From NCBI GenBank assembly GCA_002633005.1, contig NMRA01000430.1:208671-272670 (forward strand): a DNA stretch of 64,000 bases. Reading direction: 5' to 3'. Source of the stretch: Phoronis australis. Its lineage: Eukaryota > Animalia > Phoronida. Shown here piece by piece: positions 12,801 through 23,112 of this stretch. Made by a program: the position numbers and the translations under genes. The notes beneath the pieces are model-generated. The model was not told where the DNA came from and made no database searches. It saw nothing but the letters and a program-made list of their open reading frames with translations. Position 1 is the stretch's first letter. Every line of letters starts with the position of its first letter.

Positions 12801-15800
12801 TCAAAAATCAAATCTTGAACAGCGAGGCGATGAGTGTTGAGTATTGTGCGAAGAAAAGGTGGTTATTTGTGTTGATTTGAGCTATGAGAAAGCGGATATA
12901 TATATATGTATATATGTATATAGTGGTCTGTGAGGAAGAGGTGAAAGATTCAAAAAGCACACCCTTTCATGTATGAAAAGCTCTTCCTGCCCTGATTGGA
13001 TGACTGTGATTGCTGACATCACCGGGCATCTGAACAAGAAAGGATTGAAAAATGTTCACGCATAATGAAAGTTAAAACAATTCAAATGGACTTTATTGTG
13101 ACTTGAATACCACTACTGTTATTTACTGCTACAGTTTGATACCAAATAATGGGACGTTTAATGAAAAACTGCAAACTGCACCTCTCCAGGAATAAGAGTT
13201 TGTTGAAGTCACCTATTTCACCTAAAGTGCTTGATGCTCTGAGAAATTGTGAAACCCAGTTTGATATCGTGCATGAAGCCTTGCTTCCAGTGCTTCACAC
13301 CATTTTTATAATTATAAAATGCACAACTTCACTTCCAATCCCAATTTTAGTTCATGCCTTATTAATTCACTCTCCAGTTGATGCAAATCTTTGATGGAAA
13401 CATTTCAGCATTAACCTCACTGTATAATAGGCTGGTATCCTCACACTATGGTTTCAGAGTAGTTTGTAGTTTGTCATGAACGAACAGTGTTTTGAGAGGG
13501 TCAAGGCATGGTTATATGAAAACACTGAATTATCCAGTTGCGGGTGTGGTTGATGAAAATGTCAACATCTACTCAGAGTTGACACTGCATCACTTCTGTG
13601 TTGATGTAGAATATTTTGTCTTTAACAAGAGTTAATGTAAAACTTAATCAGAAAAATTATGACTTGTGTAAGAAGTGCTTCGTAAACTTCATTTATTTAC
13701 CATGTTTTGACAAGTCATATGGTCTTGGTTAAATCTTATTTGAGAGCACAGCATATTACAATGGTGAACTGGCATTCCCCAAAACAAGAAAACAGATAAG
13801 ATAACCGTTTTTGTTTCACTACTAAAGAAGGTTGGTTATGCGGAGAACATGTTACCTGCACATTGGTCATTTTATATTTTCTATTTTACCTCATCTGCTT
13901 TGTCTGAAGTGGCTTCCAATATCACCAGTTTTTCATTAAAGTCCATCGTTACCATTGACCTGATATGAAAATGGTTGCATTACGTTGTCATCCTATGCTT
14001 TCAGCATGCTATAATTTGGACAGCCCAGCCTGTCTCATGTTGTGTTAGTGAGTATATTGGTGTCCCCACTGCTTGAAAACCTACTTTAAATTAATGTTGT
14101 TCACCTGCTTTTCCTCCAATCACCAGCAAGGTGATATCACAGCACATTTCAGGCATCCGAGTTGACCAGGCTTTGGTTGGTGACGATTATCAAACTGTCT
14201 TATCTTCTGTAACCATGACAACAAGGATGTTGATTCTTCAGATGATGATGTTGGCTTCACCAGTTGATCTTGCAGGGAATCCTCTTACACCCTCGGAGAT
14301 CTCATTTTGACTTAGGTCCGCGTTGTACTGCTAGTAATGTGCACCAGATGATCATATTGTGATCAGAACTCAGAGCCTTAGTACTGTGTACCAGTTGATC
14401 ATGTTGTGAACTCTCTTGCCCTTAGTAATGTGCACCAGTTGATCATGTTGTGAATTCTCTGACCCTTAGTAATCTGCACCAGTTGATCATGTTGTGAACT
14501 CTCTTGCCCTTAGTAATGTGCACCAGTTGATCATGTTGTGAACTCTCTTGCCCTTTGTAATGTGCACCAGTTGATCGTGTTGTGAACTCTCTGACCCCTC
14601 TCCCATCCCTCTGTGTTCCCTCTCACAAGCTATTCGGCTGCGCCTTTATTTGTTGAGATTGTGTAGTCCATATAATAGCATCGGTGTTTGTTAGTAAACC
14701 ATATCACATATCTTGTTGATTTCCGTTCAGTACATTCCTGACTAGCAGGTTTAGGATGATGTGGTAAATTTTATTACATTGTTCAGTTCAGTTAAGATTC
14801 ACTGTTCTAAGGCATCATTATCTAAGCAATAGTACAGGTTGTTATGAGTCCTGTAGATGCTGATCTGCACCTGTAAATGTTGACCTGCACCTGTAAATGT
14901 TGTCCTACACCAAGAATATGTCTACTTACACCTGTAAATGTTGACCTACACCTTCAAATGTTGATTGACACCTTTAGATGTTGACCCACATCTGTAAATG
15001 TTGACCTACACCTGTATGTTTACCTGCACCAGTCCTGTAAATGTTGACCTAAATCTATAAAGGTTAACCTGCACCTGTAAATGTTGACCTGTGCCTGAAA
15101 ATGTTGACTTGCACCCAAGTCTTGAAAATGTTGACCAATGCCTGTAAATGTTGACCAATGCCTGAAAAAGTTGACCTACTTCTGTAAAATAAAATGCTGA
15201 CCCACACTTAATTAAAAACCTGTGAATGATTCAAAGCAGTTGCTGAGATTTAGGGTGTTACATTATGTTGCCTGTGATGTATTGATTACACTAAATGTGT
15301 TGTATTTTTATTTTAGTTTTGGTTGTGCTGTTCCTTGCTGGTGGTGCTGGTATGGTGACTAGGTTGGAGTCGAACAGTTTCTCACCTCCGTCTAGATTAA
15401 AGGTAACTTTATTTTTGAAATGAGTTGTGAGTAAATGCAAAGACTGGTTTACCAAATTGATTTTGGAAATGCTGAGCGCTACATGCGTCACTACTGATGA
15501 CAGTGTCGTTTAGTGAGTTTTATACACAGATTGTTGGTAGCCTAGACATATTTTAGTTATTCCTGAAAAAGCAGTAAGAGATCACACTCAGGGTTAATTA
15601 GTATGTGTACATCGATGTTGTATGATAATGGTATCGAAAATGTGTTGTGCCAACTTCATCATAAATTATTAGCATTTTGTGATTACCTCGTCTTCATATT
15701 TTGGAAGTTTGGTATAGATTTGTGACTTATTTTATAGTTATGTCTTGGAGTAGTTAACCTTGTCACACTCTTCTTTCTGTGTATTTGTGACCCCTTCTTG

Positions 15801-18800
15801 TTGGGCATTAGTTGAGAATTGTTGTTACAGGCAAAATTTCGTGAAATAATGGATTGACTTGAGTCTGACTTTACACAAAGTGGGCGTGGTTGCTACATCT
15901 TACTCAATTGAAAAAATGTTAGTGAAGTATCTGCTGCTTGTAACTGCTTGGTTTATTTATAGCCTCATAATGTTTTCCGTGCTGCCATCTGGACTGTGCA
16001 CTTTGGTTACGACAACAAAGGTTGGCCAAGCTTGGAGCGAGCTGCCCAGCTGTTGAACAACTCAGGTATGGATAGCTATCATAACCTTGTAGTTCAAGAA
16101 CACAGGTATGTATAAATATCATAGCCACGTTGTTGTACAACACCTATACAGATAGATATCATAGCCATACAGTTGAACTACGTAGATACGGGTAGATATA
16201 GCCGTGTTGTTGAACAACACGGGTAGGGATAGATATCAATATCCTGGTCAATGCAGTTGAACAACACTGATACAGATAGATATCATAGCCATGCAGTTGA
16301 ATAACACAGGAAAGCTCTTGTGTAGGCAGCAAAATCACCATGGGTTTTTATTTGGTCATTGTAGTAGGTGGCACCCTGACACAGTAAATACGTGTTTTTA
16401 TTCATGCCTTCACATTTTATGCTGTGACTGATAAACTATACTATTTCCCGCATTGCCATAAGTGGTTCTGTTTGTCTGCCTGTAGCCTGTGTACACCGGT
16501 AAGCAGTGTAGCACTTGTTATTTTAGGAGCGGATGTAATCACGCTGCTGGAAAGTGATGCCTCCAAACCCTACCTGGGTAACAATGACTTGGGAATGTGG
16601 CTGGGTGAGAGGCTGTCTATGTATGTTGACTTTGGTCCATCAACCCAAGATCACACGTGGGGGTAAGTAGTCACGGGCTGCAAGTAGTGGTTGGAAGGGA
16701 GATTTTTGGTATTTTTTTCCATTGTATGAAAAAAATAGAAAAGCCATTCATCTTTAGTGAGTGATGTGTGAGTCAAAGACGTGAAGCATGATTGAAGTAG
16801 ATTAATTATGTATAATTGACGACTGGTATGTGAATCAAAGAGTTGAATATTGTGCAGTGGAACATGTCGTGAACACATCCACTAAAACAAGAAACTGTAG
16901 GAACACCGCATTTATCCACCTTCACTCTTATCAGGCTTCTATTGTGAGTCAGCATGCGTGAATAATTGGCTGATAAGCCACCTCTGGAACTACTTTTGGC
17001 TGAATGGATGACCAGGCCATAAAATGATAATATTAGCCAAGACCAGTTACTAATGCAACAAAGAATANTTCACTGTTCTAAGGCATCATTATCTAAGCAA
17101 TAGTACAGGTTGTTATGAGTCCTGTAGATGCTGATCTGCACCTGTAAATGTTGACCTGCACCAAGAATATGTCTACTTACACCTGTAAATGTTGACCTAC
17201 ACCTTCAGATGTTGATCGCCACCTTTAAATGTTGACCCACATCTGTAAATGTTGACCTACACCTATATATGTTTACCTGCACCAGTCCTTTAAATGTTGA
17301 CCTAAACCTATAAAGGTTAACCTGCACCTGTAAATGTTGACCTGTGCCTGAAAATGTTGACTTGCACCCAAGTCTTGAAAATGTTGACCAATGCCTGTAA
17401 ATGTTGACCAATGCCTGAAAAAGTTGACCTACTCCTGTAAAATAAAATGCTGACCCACACTTAATTAAAAACCTGTGAATGATTCAAAGCAGTTGCTGAG
17501 ATTTAGGGTGTTACATTATGTTGCCTGTGATGTATTATACTAAATGCGTTGTATTTTTATTTTAGTTTTGGTTATGCTGTTCCTTGCTGGTGGTGCTGGT
17601 ATGGTGACTAGGTTGGAGTCGAACAGTTTCTCACCTCCGTCTAGATTAAAGGTAACTTTATTTTTGAAATGAGTTGTGAGTAAATGCTGAGCGCTACATG
17701 CGTCACTACTGACGACAGTGTCGTTTAGTGAGTTTTATACACAGATTGTTGGTAGCCTAGACATATTTTTGAGAGTTATTCCTTAAAAAGCAGTAAGAGA
17801 TCACGCTCAGGGTTAATTAGTATGTGTACATCAATGTTGTATGATAATGGTATCGGAAATGCGTTGTGCCAACTTCATCATAAATTATTGGCATTTTGTG
17901 ATTACCTCGTCTTCATATTTTGGAAGTTTGGCATAGATTTGTGACTTATTTTATAGTTATGTCTTGGAGTAGTTTACCTTGTCACAGTCTTCTTTGTGTG
18001 TATTTGTGACCCCTTCTTGTTGGGCATTAGTTAATAATTGTTGTTACAGGCAAAATTTCGTGAAATAATGGATTGACTTGAGTCTGACTTTACACAAAGT
18101 GGGTGTGGTTGCTACATCTTACTCAATTGAAAAAATGTTAGTGAAGTATCTGCTGCTTGTAACTGCTTGGTTTATTTATAGCCTCATAATGTTTTCCGTG
18201 CTGCCATCTGGACTGTGCACTTTGGTTATGACAACAAAGGTTGGCCAAGCTTGGAGCGAGCTGCCCAGCTGTTGAACAACTCAGGTATGGATAGCTATCA
18301 TAGCCTTGTAGTTCAAAAACACAGGTATGTATAAATATCATAGCCACGTTGTTGTACAACACCTATACAGATAGATATCATAGCCATACAGTTGAACTAC
18401 GTAGATATGGGTAGATATAGCCGTGTAGTTGAACAACACGGGTAGGGATAGATATCAATATCCTGGTCAATGCAGTTGAACAACACTGATACGGATAGAT
18501 ATCATAGCCATGCAGTTGAACAACACAGGAAAGCTCTTGTGTAGGCAGCAAAATCACCATGGGTTTTTATTTGGTCATTGTAGTAGGTGGCACCCTGACA
18601 CAGTAAATACGTGTTTTTATTCATGCCTTCACATTTTATGCTGTGACTGATAACCTATTATCTATTTCCCGCATTGCAATAAGTGGTTCTGTTTGTCTGT
18701 CTGTAGCATGTGTACACCAGTAAGCAGTGCAGCACTTGTTGTTTTAGGAGCAGATGTAATCACACTGCTGGAAAGTGATGCCTCTAAACCCTACCTGGGT

Positions 18801-21800
18801 AACAATGACTTGGGAATGTGGCTGGGTGAGAGGCTGTCTATGTATGTTGACTTTGGTCCATCAACCCAAGATCACACGTGGGGGTAAGTAGTCACGGACT
18901 GCAAGTAGTGGTTGGAAGGGAGATTGTTGGTATTTTTTTCCATTGTATGAAAGAAATAGAAAAGCCATTCATCTTTAGTGAGTGATGTTTGAGTCAAAGA
19001 CGTGAAGCATGAATGAAGTAGATTAATTATGTATAAATGACGACTGGTATATGAATCGAAGAGTTGAACATGTGCAGTGGAAGGTGCCAGCAATGGGTAA
19101 ACAAGTCTTATGTTCAGCATTTGATCACAATGTATGGCTGATCATTCGTGGAATTCCAATTTTACACAAAATTCCTAGTCTTGTGGAGAGAAGTTATGGT
19201 CTACTGAGTTAAAGGTTAATGCTGTGATCTTTGAAACAAAGATATTTCATTACAGCGTTTTCCAATTGCTCCCAACGTGTTCGATTCTATAGCCCAACAA
19301 CAAGTTGGGAAGAACACCCCTGTTGCCAATATCTTACACGACTGATTAACTCCACTCTGGCATTCATGGTTGGAGGGCCAGCTCTCTTTTGTTCGTTAAT
19401 TGCTCTAATCTCCAGTAAGATCATATCTACCCTGACTGGGCTGTGCTGCTAAAGTAAAAGTTAAGTTATATCATATTTGAACATAAACCAATAGCATATC
19501 TGAAATCCTCGTCAAATGGGGATCATGTTTAGTGTTTGAATTGCTAAAATTGCCTAACTACAACCGAAGTTACGACAATCTATTCTTTCCGAATATACCA
19601 ATTCGCTCTGGGTTTGACTCGTGTTCACATGTGGTCTGTAATAAGCCTGGTAGATAATTGGCCTGCCTGTTGTCATAACAGACAAAAGACTGTGCTTGGC
19701 AGTTAACAAAGAAGCTAGATGTTATCACACTCTCACAACCCTCTATGTCTGGTAAAGTCACGTTTGTGTTGCATTCTGAAAACAACTTACGGTTTTACTC
19801 CCCCAATGCTTCTATTTTGCACATTTCTATTTCGCAGTAACCTGCTGCTGTCGAAGTATCCGTTTGTAAAATCCCAGCATCATTTACTACCTTCACCGTA
19901 TGGAGAGCTTGCTCCAGCTATCACGGCAACCGTGAATATGAGCGGCCACCTGGTGGACTTTGTTGTCACCCACATGGGCAATGACAGGGATGTCTATGAC
20001 AGGGAATTACAAGCCAAGTTTCTAGCTAAGGAGCTTAAAAAGTGGTAAGTCATCTGTTTGATGAACATCTTGGTGAACTGTGAACGTTTGATCATGTTAC
20101 TCATTATCTCTCGACTGGCACTATGTGAAATGGACGTCTTTCATAATGCTTTGTAGAGTTAAATGACGACTTCAACATTGCACTTGTTGATCAATTCACC
20201 CAATATAAATTGGATCGAGGTTTCCTACTGGAATCATGCTAACCTTGAAATGCATAAAGATGGTTCACTACGATATTTTGCATACGAGCAAGTGTTAGTG
20301 TATAACGCGAAGTCACACAACCAGTTGTTGCAGCTAAATTACTGTGTTTTTGTCACGTGTTTCAGTTTAAGAATCAATGCAGTGAGACTCTAATTTATCT
20401 TAGCTGGGAAATTTGATGTGTGGCATAGCCATACAATATTGCCTGGTCCTGTAGGATTTCTGAACAAGTCCTCTGAAAGCTTGAGGAGGCGCCCTCAACT
20501 GTTGTGTTGTGTTGCTACTAGTTGCGTGTTTTTTCATTTCTAGTGAGAACCCCACGGTGTTCCTAGGTTACATAACGTCGGCCCCTGGCAGTCGTGATTA
20601 TGACTGTTTCATCCAGCAGGGTGATATGAAAGATATAGATGATACTGATACGGAAAGATGGTGTGAATATATCATGTACAAGAAGTTGGTTAGGTGAGTC
20701 TGTGTCAGTCAAGGTGATATGAAGGATATAGACATTGTAGATAGAGACAACATGGCTTACCAGAGACTGATGGTGTTAGGAAGGTCAGAACCATGTTCTC
20801 TTCTTTGAGGACATGTCATAAAGTGTCATGTCAGTCAATCCTAATATATCAAGGTGTGGAAACCACACATTAGAAAGTTATGTCAATGTTCTTAGCATAG
20901 GTGTATATTCACATGTGGTTAGGATTAAGAATCACGTACGTTTTGGCCATGGGACGGAGGTTGTCAGTGTCCCCTGACGAGGGTTATTTTACAATCACGG
21001 GTTGCAGAATATTATGACCATATCAAGACTTGCTGTGCTGTAACGTTGTTGTTATCCAGTTAGCAGAACTTCATGTGTGTCTGTCCTTACAACATGACAT
21101 CCATGATTTCAGATTGGGTTACGCTAGAGTCTCTCATGGTGGCTTGAGTGACACTGAGCTTCAACTAGCTACCTTTAAAATACCTCAAGATTTGTCGGAT
21201 TACAAGGATAATCATTTGCTTACCACAGATCCATCAAAGGTCTCAAAGCAACTTCGCTTCTCCTCAAAGTAAGTTCTTGATTGGTGGAATGTATCATATC
21301 TGTAATGTGGTTGTGTAGTTGTCTGGTAATTTTTGGTATCTAAAATGCTTGTCAAACGTCAATACACTTGGTTTCAGGGATTTCGTTATTCGAAAACCAC
21401 TTTTGATTCGCTTACTGCTTCTAAATTCCACTTGACTACTTTTGCCATACAAATGGTATCAAGATTTTAATCTACCTAGAAGTGGTCACCTTAGATGTTT
21501 CAGTTAAGACGGTTTACTCTCCATTACAAGAAATTGATTTACTCCACTTACAGTATGGAATGATCTCAAATCGTCCCGTAGTCAAATTGTAGTTGATTCC
21601 AGAGCTTCAATAGAACTGATGGTTTGTTATTGGTGGAGAGCAGGCTCTAAACGTTGGCTGGTCAACCTTTGACCTTTATGTGCTTAGTACTGTTTTAAGG
21701 AATGTCAAATTGTCAGTTCATTGCAAATCCAGAAACCGGATCTCATCCGAGAAAGGAACATGGCAGTTGAGATTTAATTTTATACCGGTAAGAAGTCTCG

Positions 21801-22409
21801 ATCAAAAGTTCACTTCTTGGATAGAATGTGGGTTTATATCCACTTTAAAGCCTATCTTGAAAGGTAACACCTGTAAATTTGGCTCCTACAATATGTTAAG
21901 AGCATTGCTCAGAGCCCACTAGTGCAATAAATTGCCAAATGTAACGAACTGTAAGGCGTATTGGCTTGCTTTTGTCTTGTCACTGTGAGAATCCCCTTAT
22001 AATTCAAACATCTGTGACTAACACCCGCACACAATGGTGTTCTATTCAGACCCCTATTCAATACAATTGTTATCGGCCTTTTGTTGTTTGTGCTGGGATC
22101 TCGCGGTGACACAGCAAAGCACGTAAAGGCAGCTTCACTTATCATTTGACGGACTTAGATTGAACTCGCATTTTATTATTTTACTAAGGCATTGCTAGGA
22201 CTATCTGGTTAGCCCAGTACATCTAAAATAACAAAAATCCATTGGAGTTAGCGTTTAAGATCACCTATGTTTTGTCGTTGGGCATTAGCTTTCTCATTCA
22301 CTCTGTCATGACTGTGCTGTGTTTCAGGTTCGGTTCTCATAGTCACGGCCACAACTGGTCTCCTGTCCACAAGTATCACATGAGTACACCTAAGTACTTC
22401 CTGCCATGA
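3771..22409 (+). CDS. CWH43: PGAP2-interacting protein / CWH43 homolog (GPI lipid remodelling; TM region plus C-terminal endonuclease/exonuclease/phosphatase-like domain), 14 coding exons, ~699 aa
   Basis: join(3771..3837,4794..5106,5636..5790,6895..7081,7559..7707,10564..10800,12278..12349,15317..15402,15963..16065,16527..16662,19838..20044,20544..20693,21113..21268,22328..22409). All introns are GT-AG, phases are consistent and the total is 2100 nt. Recognisable CWH43 motifs: [111 protein letters not shown]. Confidence 0.93.
4653..4724. mobile_element. Small palindromic MITE-like repeat; partial second copy at ~23599-23640
   Basis: gtgcccgaattttgagaaccag ... ctggttctcaaaatacgggcac; the left arm recurs at ~23599. 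Confidence 0.55.
4794..5106 (+). CDS. CWH43: CWH43 coding exon 2
   Basis: ttttcag|GCTATGCTTTCTGG ... CAGCG|gtaagt; [22 protein letters not shown]. Confidence 0.92.
5636..5790 (+). CDS. CWH43: CWH43 coding exon 3
   Basis: tttctag|C ... TCAG|gtaaat; [30 protein letters not shown]. Confidence 0.9.
6895..7081 (+). CDS. CWH43: CWH43 coding exon 4
   Basis: tgtag|GT ... GG|gtatgt; [45 protein letters not shown]. Confidence 0.9.
7559..7707 (+). CDS. CWH43: CWH43 coding exon 5
   Basis: ttccag|A ... ACAG|gtaaac; hydrophobic [25 protein letters not shown]. Confidence 0.88.
7691..8667 (+). repeat. 35-bp minisatellite, ~27 units, truncated at n; derived from the exon 5/intron junction
   Basis: Unit ctgagtagcatttacaggtaaatgaagggtggtgc; the first unit is the exon end ctggctggcgtttacag|gtaaacaaagggctatgc. 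Confidence 0.95.
8780..9598 (+). other. Second copy of CWH43 exons 4 (8780-8966) and 5 (9450-9598); probable alternate haplotype
   Basis: 8669 onward repeats 6784 onward immediately after the single n at 8668; exon lengths are identical (187 and 149 nt) with few substitutions. Confidence 0.8.
9582..10020 (+). repeat. Same 35-bp minisatellite, ~12 more variable units (second copy/haplotype)
   Basis: Same unit with aattaaaggtgata variants. Confidence 0.93.
10564..10800 (+). CDS. CWH43: CWH43 coding exon 6
   Basis: tgtag|GT ... ACTG|gtaaga; [29 protein letters not shown]. Confidence 0.92.
12278..12349 (+). CDS. CWH43: CWH43 coding exon 7 (short linker)
   Basis: gtttcag|GC ... GCTT|gtgagt; open, 72 nt, phase 1-1; called from splice signals and length because it is poorly conserved. 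Confidence 0.7.
12400..12753. mobile_element. Palindromic insertion made of two inverted tRNA-like arms, with a 12-bp target-site duplication
   Basis: Arms ~12400-12541 and ~12561-12700 are reverse complements. The + arm has A-box-like gtagttcagtgg and B-box ggttcgattccc. tgaaccattctc occurs at 12388-12399 and 12754-12765. Confidence 0.8.
14333..14598 (+). repeat. 44-bp minisatellite, ~6 units
   Basis: caccagttgatcatgttgtgaactctcttgcccttagtaatgtg at 14433, 14477, 14521, 14565. Confidence 0.9.
14850..15190 (+). repeat. ~20-bp degenerate minisatellite (cacctgtaaatgttgacct); second copy ~17120-17440
   Basis: Recurring cctgtaaatgttgacc. Confidence 0.88.
15317..15402 (+). CDS. CWH43: CWH43 coding exon 8
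   Basis: ttttag|TT ... AAG|gtaact; last TM segment [16 protein letters not shown]. Confidence 0.82.
15963..16065 (+). CDS. CWH43: CWH43 coding exon 9
   Basis: ttatag|CCT ... TCAG|gtatgg; [29 protein letters not shown]. Confidence 0.92.
16047..16312 (+). repeat. ~40-bp degenerate tandem repeat derived from the exon 9/intron junction; second copy ~18266-18530
   Basis: Units like cagttgaacaacacaggtatggatagatatcatagccatg; the first unit is the exon end gttgaacaactcag|gtatggatagctatcata. Confidence 0.8.
16527..16662 (+). CDS. CWH43: CWH43 coding exon 10
   Basis: ttttag|GA ... GG|gtaagt; [41 protein letters not shown]. Confidence 0.93.
17566..18883 (+). other. Second copy of CWH43 exons 8-10 (17566-17651, 18182-18284, 18748-18883); probable alternate haplotype
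   Basis: 17069 onward repeats 14798 onward immediately after the single n at 17068. The exon block totals 325 nt, so including both copies would frameshift. Confidence 0.82.
19838..20044 (+). CDS. CWH43: CWH43 coding exon 11
   Basis: ttcgcag|T ... TG|gtaagt; [41 protein letters not shown]. Confidence 0.93.
20544..20693 (+). CDS. CWH43: CWH43 coding exon 12
   Basis: ttctag|T ... AG|gtgagt; [32 protein letters not shown]. Confidence 0.93.
21113..21268 (+). CDS. CWH43: CWH43 coding exon 13
   Basis: tttcag|A ... AA|gtaagt; [24 protein letters not shown]. Confidence 0.92.
22328..22409 (+). CDS. CWH43: CWH43 terminal coding exon 14
   Basis: gtttcag|G TTC GGT ...; [26 protein letters not shown]-stop. 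Confidence 0.9.
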
Positions 22410-23106
22410 CGGACCCCCAGCAGGGAGGAGGTGGAGTTTACTCCTGTCCATCATATCCTGTCAGATCCGCATTACTTCTGTAGACGGAGATTATAACTTT
22501 TGTAATTGATCATGCTTCGATGGACGCTCATTTCCATGTCATGTAAATAACTGTAAATACTTTGAATTTAAAAATTCAATTGTTGTTAAGGTTTATTGGT
22601 TGAATGTGATCAGGGATTTAATTTTGATACTGTGTGGGCATTGGGTAACTTGTTTTAATTACTACTGACGGAGATTACTTCCAAAGGAAGTAATTCTACT
22701 TAAAACTACTTTCCGTGTAATTTCACGGTATGACTTGCTGTAGAGTCTAAGATCTGTTAAACAGACATTAGTTTTAGTGATTTATTTTATTGATCTCGAA
22801 GTTCGTTTTCTACGAATTTGAATATTAGGTGTATTGTATTCTGTGATTTAAACTGTAACTACTCACTGGTGTAGCTAGACTTTTTTTTTGAACAACTTCC
22901 TCCATTTTCTAGTTTGTGTAAACTGCAAGCTACTTCTTTGGTACTTATGACAACAAAGTTTGTTTTATATTTTGATGTCTTTGTGATCAATATTGCAATA
23001 GTTTATGTTCACAAGATGTGTTGGAGGCAGTGTACACTCCCTGTGTGGCTGACCGCACATACAGTTAGATATTTGTATGTGTGCTTCTGTTTCTTGATGA
23101 ATTTTC

Positions 23107-23112
23107 ATTAAA
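23107..23112 (+). terminator. Candidate polyadenylation signal (ATTAAA) of CWH43
   Basis: ATTAAA ~700 nt after the stop codon, at the end of an AT-rich UTR-like stretch. Confidence 0.35.

Noticed and set aside
14798-19082. Real duplication or mutually exclusive splicing of exons 8-10
   Set aside because: The copy starts at a single-n join, is near-identical including introns, and tandem inclusion would frameshift; an alternate haplotype is simpler.
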